Positions 58,711-64,000 of a stretch of DNA of 64,000 nt are shown here, in pieces. A program made the translations under genes and the position numbers. The notes under the pieces are model-generated. The model did no database searches, was not told the DNA's origin, and worked only from the letters and a program-made list of their open reading frames with translations. The stretch is from the NCBI RefSeq assembly GCF_009914755.1, contig NC_060942.1; one strand, 5' to 3'. The stretch comes from the human T2T-CHM13v2.0 reference genome, Homo sapiens. The stretch's first letter is position 1. Every line of letters begins with the position of its first letter.

Positions 58711-61700
58711 GTAATTTATATATGGAAATAGCTACCTAATGGCTTTGCCAACACCAAGCCCACCCAGAAAGTGACAGACATCACTGAACTGGCTCACATA
58801 AGTCTCCCATCTCATAGTCCATCCCAGGTGAAGGAGAAAATGAAGCTGGAGCATGAGAAATTTTAATAAATACACGTTTCCTTCCTGCAGTCAGAAACTG
58901 AGGTCACAGAAGTGACTATCGTCCCATCCTATCACTTTAAGGACAAAAAGATGAAAAGAGATCTAAAAGAAGCTGAAAGGCAAAGAAGATGAAAGCACCA
59001 GCAGAGGAGGAAGGAAAGGAATATTTATAATAAATTGACTTGAGCTTCTGTCTCCAAAAATACAAGGGATTTCAGAAGCCCCAAAGCCTGGCCTCTTACC
59101 TGAATAATTGGCACCAAAGGAAAGCACTAAACTGGAAGTTGAGATCCCAATTTTAAATCCAATTCTTTTGTATTTCTTTCTTCAACTAAAAATATTGGTT
59201 CTAATGTGACCCATGAAATGTCAAATTCATTGGTTCTATAGGCGTAGGGTTTATGTTGCAAAAAACTATTAATCTAAAATGTGTTTGAAATGCAATTAAT
59301 GAATGTTTCTCAACAAAAATTGCATTAGGTTTTGTGGACATATTTGTTCAATAATATTCTCAACTTTTTGTTGGAATATGAGACTTTTATTTCGGGACCA
59401 AAAGAAGTGAGGAATGCAAACTGAGACCCACTGTATCCTGCATCTTCTTGAATAATGAGAGGATAAGAAGTGCATGTTGATGCAACACTATGGCAACAAA
59501 GCCCTGTAATTCCAGCTCCAGGCTGCAGCTGAGCACGTGAGGACTTTTGGCACCCTTATCATAAGAGAACCAGAGTCGCCACTATTCTTAGAGAAGCAAA
59601 GCAACTGCACTAATTAAGTCACCATATTAAGTGTCCAAAGAAAATACTGACTCAAATGGAATAAAATACACACTAGTCAAAATATGCTTCAGCCATTATA
59701 AAGTCACAAATCTTGTACAAAGAGGAGCACAGACGGTAAGGCTGAAATACACGTGTATGAGAAAATGCCATGTGTTCATTAAAAAAAAAAAATCACAGGT
59801 TTTAGAGTTAAACATCTAATTGGTATAACAGAAGATCCAGAATTGCCATCATTTCTTATCACATGCTTAGAATAGCCTTTACGGAACTATCAAAATAGAG
59901 GATAAGGCTGACCTTTGCCATGTATTTGATTAAAAAATGAGGGGAAGTTCGTTTTATCAAAATAAAAAGGATGAAGTTTAGGTTTTAATGTTGTTTCTCT
60001 AAGAACTAAAAATGGCCTAGTATCAGTCAAATGCAGCTGGAAGTTCACTGTCCTCTTTCTGGAGACAGTGTGCCTATCCTCCCCTAGAGACTGCAACAGG
60101 GAGGCCCACACAGAAGCGTCAAGCAGAACGTGTACCTGACATGCTCAGGGCAAATTTGTCTTTTTCTTTCTCACTTCAAAGTTTTTCTAACATTTACATT
60201 GTTCAAAATCCAAAAGAGAAGAAGCTGGACAGAGGGAGGGAGAGGGAAGGAAGAGAGGTTGTGTTCAATCCTCACTTTCAAGGACAGTGAAAATCTGCTT
60301 TGGCTGCAGGCAGGACGTGTTTAATTGTATTCAACTTTTCTTATGGGGCATGTTGTCCCAGAGAAAACGCACTGAAACATGCTTCTCCACAAGCGCCCTT
60401 CATCTGTAGAGACTTGATACTCTGAGAATGCCTCTGGCGGCCTGTGCATCTCTCCACTATGACTGTCCAATCAAGTCACCGGAACAAAGAACAGGCTTCA
60501 TGTTATACACTGCCCTGGAGGTTTCTGAAATCAGGATGCATTCTTTCTACTAAGAAAATAATTCTTATCATAATTGCCACAAGATAATTATGATCTGTAA
60601 TTATTATTGTTGGTGACTGTCAATGATGCATAAAGAAGAATACAGCTTGATTTTCAAAGCCTAACCCTGAAGAAGCAAGACAATTAAAAGCTTGTTTTGA
60701 CTACTTAAAATGAACAAACTTGACACAAAAGTCACAAAGGAAAAATTCTAGAGGGAAAATATCATCAATTGGCCTGACTCAGCATTTCTCAAAGACAAGT
60801 TACAAGCGCCAAATGCAGGGGAAAGATGTTTCAAGAACCAGAAGGTCAGGCCAAAATTCATGATTGCAGATGAATTCTGGGAAGGAGGTGTGGTCCCCCA
60901 GACCATTCAAGTCCAGAAAGGAAGAATGAGGTCTTGACTCCCATTGTCCTCAGGGAACATGATGCAGTACGTTCTGCAATCTCATTTAATACTAACTTAA
61001 TACTACATAACATACAAATGATCCAAAAGAGAACAATGTTAACATCTGCAAAATGAATAGGTAAAATTCCCCACCTCTGGTTCTATAGATTTCTGGCTCA
61101 GGTGGTTGAATTCCAAGGCAGGCAGCAAAGAGGCTCCCACTTCTCTGAGTGCACATGTGCCACTCAGGCATCTGGGCCAGTATGATCTGACACACTGAGA
61201 CACCTCCATGCTCATAAGGACAATTGAGTAGTGAGCTTTCAGTACCAAAAAATGTAAGTGGCTTGCAAAAAAGATATTTAAACAGGTACAAACAACTTTG
61301 GTGACATTTAATCTATTTTATTTTAGGCCTTATAGAAACTCAATTTTGAAAATAAAAAATAAATGAAGGCCCCCATTTCAAAAAATGAACTTTGGCCAAC
61401 AGAAAAAATATGTCCACATTACCTAACAAGTTATATTTTCAGAAGGAATCCTTTAATTCAGAAATGTGTATCTCACAAAAACATCTTCTCAACATATCAT
61501 TTCAGAAAAAGCAGGAAAGATGACTTTTTTTGCCTCATTGGCTAAAAATCATCTTCTGTCCATTCCATTGTAATTACTATCTTCTACAGCAGCCTGATTC
61601 ATGTCTGAATTGGTTAAGAAATCCTGAATGACCCAAACCCAACACTAAGAACACAGAAAGAAGCTCAGTGTGTCAAATATACAATTTCCTTCTTTTCTTC

Positions 61701-61735
61701 AAACATCTTTCTGCGCATACTATTAAGATCTTTAA

Positions 61736-62060
<325 letters not shown>

Positions 62061-62502
62061 CTTTAAAATTCCTGGAATTATCATCTAAGATCACTGAAAC
62101 AAGAGAGCCAGTATCTCCATTTCATCCTGAGCATAAAGCATTTGTAAGTAAGTGTAGATTCTGTGACAAATAAACACACGATTATATTTCAAGGGATAAA
62201 TTTATTATTTTCACTACTGGGAGGTAGGTAATCTCAGTATAAGCATTCTTTTTCTCCTTTCTTGAAATCTGTAAACAGCACCCTGCTGTATGTACAAAAG
62301 GCTGTCTCAGTGAAATACATTTTTTGATGTGGTTGGTTTTGCTCTTATTCCTGAATAAACTAAGTCTCTCACCTAATCCATCTTTCATTTCAAATATCAA
62401 TTTGCTTAGCAAACCCTTTTTGTGCATTTTACACAGGCGAATCTCAGTCCTAGCTCCCTCCCCACCCGGTCAACACACCTCGCATAAATGCAGACATGCC
62501 TT

Positions 62503-62680
62503 TAGCCAGGCATGGTGGTGTGCACCTGTAGTCCCAGCTACTCAGCAGGCTGAGGTGGGAGGATCACTTGAGCCAGGAGTTCAAGACGCAAGTGAGCTAT
62601 GATCATGCCACTGCACTCTAGCCTGGGTGACAGAGTGAGACTCTGTCTCAAAAAAATAAATATAAATATAAATATAAATG
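62503..62680 (+). mobile_element. Alu right-arm / FRAM-like monomer
   Basis: agccaggcatggtggtgtgcacctgtagtcccagc...gtctcaaaa. Confidence 0.85.
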
Positions 62681-63909
62681 TAGACATGTAAGACACAGGG
62701 CTGCTTCTGCCGAGCACTCGCAGTTCACAGAGGTTATAGGTGAATTAATCCCAAGTGTGAGGTGTACTGTAAATGAAATGAGGTCTATTATACATAGCAA
62801 ACTATACTGTATATATTCTCAATTATTTAACTTGGCATATTGGTACTGTATTCTGTTAGCCTGCTATTAATACTCCAAACTCAACATATTACAGGAATCC
62901 CTGAAACTTAAGGACTAGGTTAGCAATATGCTAGCAACAACATTTTTGTAACATTCCTGGTGCCAAGTAATACAACAGAGCTTCTCACATCTTCAGAGCA
63001 TTTTTTACTAGAGAATTTCATATCATTCAAGCAGTAACTCATTGTCTATTAGACTAACACAACATGATCATGAAACTGGATGGCAACAAAACTCAAATGG
63101 ACTAACAAAAGATGTCTATGCAGGAAAAGCAAATTTTAGTTTCAGGATTATTAGTAATAAGAACCTCCAATTTATCCCCACTGGAAAATATGCAACATGA
63201 AAAGTAAAAGGAAATTGTTTTAGAAAAATTCCATATAACACAAGATTTTCACATAGTCTCCAGTGGTTAAAAAGAAAAAAGAAACAAGGAACATGTTTAA
63301 TATCTTAAAAAACAGCACTTAAACCTGCAAAAATGTGAATTATTTGATAAATACTTAAAAAACATGTTAATCATGTTTAGATTTGAAAATGTGGCATCAA
63401 TGTGAAGCAGTGCATTCAACCCTCTGTATCAGGAGACAGCGGTGCTGCCTGCCCAAGACTGCAGAGAGCAGAGACACAGCTGCATCTCTCAGCACTCTCC
63501 CCGGCCCCCAAGAAGAGATTCCAATCACAGCATATTCATTTAAAAAGCATTCTAATATAGTAATTAGACTCATCAAATACAAACTTTTTTTCCCCTTTAA
63601 ACTATACTCTAAATTTGGCCAAACTAAGTACTTGATATAAAAATCCTGGCAAAGAGCAGGGGTCCCTGCGGGACTGTGTGGCAAACCCAGACATTCTCTC
63701 GCCTTAGCAGATAAGTCAAAACAAGGACAATCTAAGAGGCCATTCCCTCATCCAATTAGCAATTGAAGGGTTAGAACTGAAATAGTCACTGTTAGAGCAC
63801 AGGAAATAGACACTTACATACTCAAACACACCCCACCAGCCCCGCAACGCTCACAGCTGACAACGGCTGAATTTCATTACAAGCAAATGATTTAATGATA
63901 GCTTTGTTA

Positions 63910-64000
63910 AGATGGTGAAACCCCATCTCTACTAAAAATACAAAAAAATTAGCTGGGCGTGGTGGTGGGCGCCTGTAGTCCCAGCTACTCGGGAGGCTGA
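63910..64000 (+). mobile_element. 5'-truncated Alu running off the window end
   Basis: atggtgaaaccccatctctactaaaaatacaaaa...gggaggctga. Confidence 0.85.

Larger units (their letters stand above)
62180..64000 (-). other. FAM210A: Probable distal 3'UTR of the convergent neighbour gene
   Basis: Minus-strand AATAAA (tttatt 62201-62206); the identity rests only on recalled gene order (FAM210A tail-to-tail with LDLRAD4); no coding exon visible. Confidence 0.45.

Overview
Human (or closely related great-ape) genomic DNA, recognised from memory as the 3' half of LDLRAD4 (C18orf1, PMEPA1/TMEPAI family, chr18p11.2) on the + strand. Four coding segments can be assembled directly from the sequence: an alternative first coding exon (11587-11656), the transmembrane exon (19997-20151), a 54-nt in-frame cassette exon (42212-42265) and the last exon (43979-44509, with two PY motifs and a PPNR Smad-interaction motif). 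A ~7.1 kb 3'UTR follows. A second candidate first exon inside a CpG island (41568-41609) predicts an isoform without the transmembrane segment. The intronic MIR4526 hairpin is at 9996-10082. The right end probably holds the 3'UTR end of a convergent gene (FAM210A, inferred from known gene order only). The rest is Alu, L1, MIR, LTR and DNA-transposon material, including an L1-mobilised HERV-W processed copy inserted into an Alu, a twin-primed L1 and a MER52-like solo LTR. The least explained signals are an 82-bp non-Alu inverted repeat (17650-17731/18177-18258) and inverted Alus bracketing the cassette exon. I see no evidence of a wholly new multi-gene system. Gene and repeat names come from recall, not database searches, and repeat boundaries are approximate.
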